This document shows, piece by piece, positions 62,190 through 64,000 of a stretch of 64,000 nt of DNA. Under the pieces are notes generated by a model. The model ran no database searches, had not been told where the DNA came from, and worked only from the letters and a program-made list of their open reading frames with translations. A program made the position numbers and the translations under genes. Positions within the stretch are counted from its first letter, which is position 1. Every line of letters begins with the position of its first letter. The stretch spans positions 1 to 64,000 of the forward strand of contig KZ537999.1 of NCBI GenBank assembly GCA_000934665.2, read 5' to 3'. The stretch is from Catajapyx aquilonaris. Taxonomy: Eukaryota.

Positions 62190-64000
62190 CCATTAAAATT
62201 ATCATTCTTGAGTTCTACTTTTATCACTAAGCTTTGAATGCAGCAATAAATTTTATTTAACATCGTTGAGACGTAGACTTTGAAATAGGTAAAAATTCAT
62301 TTATTTATAATTACCGGTATATATTTATATTTACATTATATTGTACCCAATTCGAAGGCCTATGGCCTTTTTAGAGGGACAAACATTCTGATGCAGAATG
62401 GGTGTAAATAATGTAAGTATAATTATAAATAGGTAAAAATTATTCATAGATTCAACGTAATGTCGGATCGCGTTTCGACCGCGACTATCTGATCTTGGCC
62501 GAGTCAGCCAGCCCAATATCATCAGAGTCGTCAACTTTGACCACATGAAACCTTCACGTGTGATTGTCCCCAAAAACCTCCGGATTTATTTCCCAGCCCG
62601 CCGTGAAAAATTGTCGACTTGGGTGTGGTTCCAATCCCAATATCAGAAACGCACCCAAACGTGCGTGAGTGTCCCCCCCCCACAAAACGACCCCATTTCA
62701 ATCGTCCCCTTCCTTCCATCAGGCAAATAATACTGAATATTTATAAAGAGTCCGTCCCATTTTTCCCGCCCCCTCCCCTTCTCTACAATCATAGGGATTC
62801 TCCCTTTCCCATCTTTTCCATCCAGTGTGACACGGCCATAAGAGGAAGAAGTCGGTCGCATCCTCACCAAGCGGAATAGGAATAGTACATAAATCAAGGG
62901 GGGGGGGGGGNGGGAGGCCTAGGGCTGGCTCTTCTTTTTATGATGGCAGCCGGCTTCCTCCAAACGGCCTTTTAGCCCATGTCTCAGCTGCGCCTAAAAT
63001 GCCCCAACTTACAATACCACGGATACGTGCATCATTATGTGAGCTCCTGGGATATGGGATTTGGTTTGATGGACATATTTGCCGCAAGGGAGGGAAAAAC
63101 TAGGAAAGAAAAAAAATATATTCAGTGAGAGAAAGAGAGAGGGTGAGAGAAAGACAGGAAAAAAGTATTGGATGACTTGCCCCAAACTTGCAGTGTTACC
63201 ATCAGTGGCAAGTTGATCATGGCTTGTTTTTACTGTTACGAGCAGAAAATGCTCAATTATTAATAAAAAAAACCTGCAATCTTTTTCCGCATCAAAAGCA
63301 GACCCCCCTGATTTAGAGCGAACCCATCAACAATAAACCAAGGAGTAAAGATAAACTCATTCAACGTAAACGTAATTCCTCCAACCCCGAAGCAAACTAA
63401 AAAATCTGCAAATGCGGGCAGAGATTTCCCGAAATCCAATGGCCACCTATAAGGAAGGCCATCTTGCCATGACATTTTTACACCCATCGGTAAAGGTGGC
63501 GTGTTTACTACATATTTTAATACCCTTCCCAGACAATAATTTTTAAATGTCCGCGGATTTTTTTGATGGATTCAAATTTTACCGAGGGTTAGCAACCTTA
63601 TCTGAGACGCTTCTAATTAATTGGAATGCTCCGTATACAAAAAAAATCGTAATGTACCGTGCAAGCCTTTTTGGAGCACCTGTCATCAACCTGAGGACAT
63701 GACTGGGCAATATTCAATTTGAGACCTAGGGAGGGGATAGATAGGGTCCAACTCACGCGAAGTGGCGGCTTCTATAAGCCAAAAAGTCAGCCCTTTTTAT
63801 TGCCCTAATTTAATGGTTTCCGCGAGTCATGAAACTGCGGGGAGTGCAATCGAAAAACTAGGGAGGAGAAATGGTCAAGGGGGGGAACTGTGGGCCTCCC
63901 TCAATCCACCACAAAAAAATACCAAGAAAAAGATAAAGCAATTGATTGGAGGTTCGTAGACTCGGTCCTGGGTCAAGATTCGAGAGAAATTTGGCCCCCG

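Noticed and set aside
1..64000. Hox-cluster identity suggested by CTCF-like sites and TAAT-rich DNA
   Set aside because: I found no homeobox (WFQN) or YPWM exon and no miR-10/993/iab-4 match in a by-eye scan, so the locus identity cannot be established.

Overview
Eukaryotic, invertebrate-like (probably arthropod) genomic DNA that is mostly non-coding: either a gene desert or a very large intron. I can support only two protein-coding genes. They are tandem, single-exon, minus-strand paralogs of the DUF2236/MpaB-Lcp-like heme oxygenase family (16316-17407 and 19384-20466). Their 5' ~620 bp are nearly identical and their 3' parts are strongly diverged, and a decayed mariner transposase fragment lies between them. 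Other features are one tRNA-Gln(UUG), a young tRNA-derived SINE with a 19-bp target-site duplication, a short non-autonomous Helitron, a TA-flanked Tc1/mariner-type MITE, two adjacent long hairpins, a ~40-bp degenerate minisatellite, two (TAA)n microsatellites and a 94-N gap. The most distinctive non-coding signal is a recurring CTCF-like motif (CCRNYAGRTGGCRS). It occurs singly and in three clusters, one of which is a five-copy, partly palindromic array at 12064-12360. Everything was read by eye; no database search or folding program was run, so family assignments rest on motif recognition.
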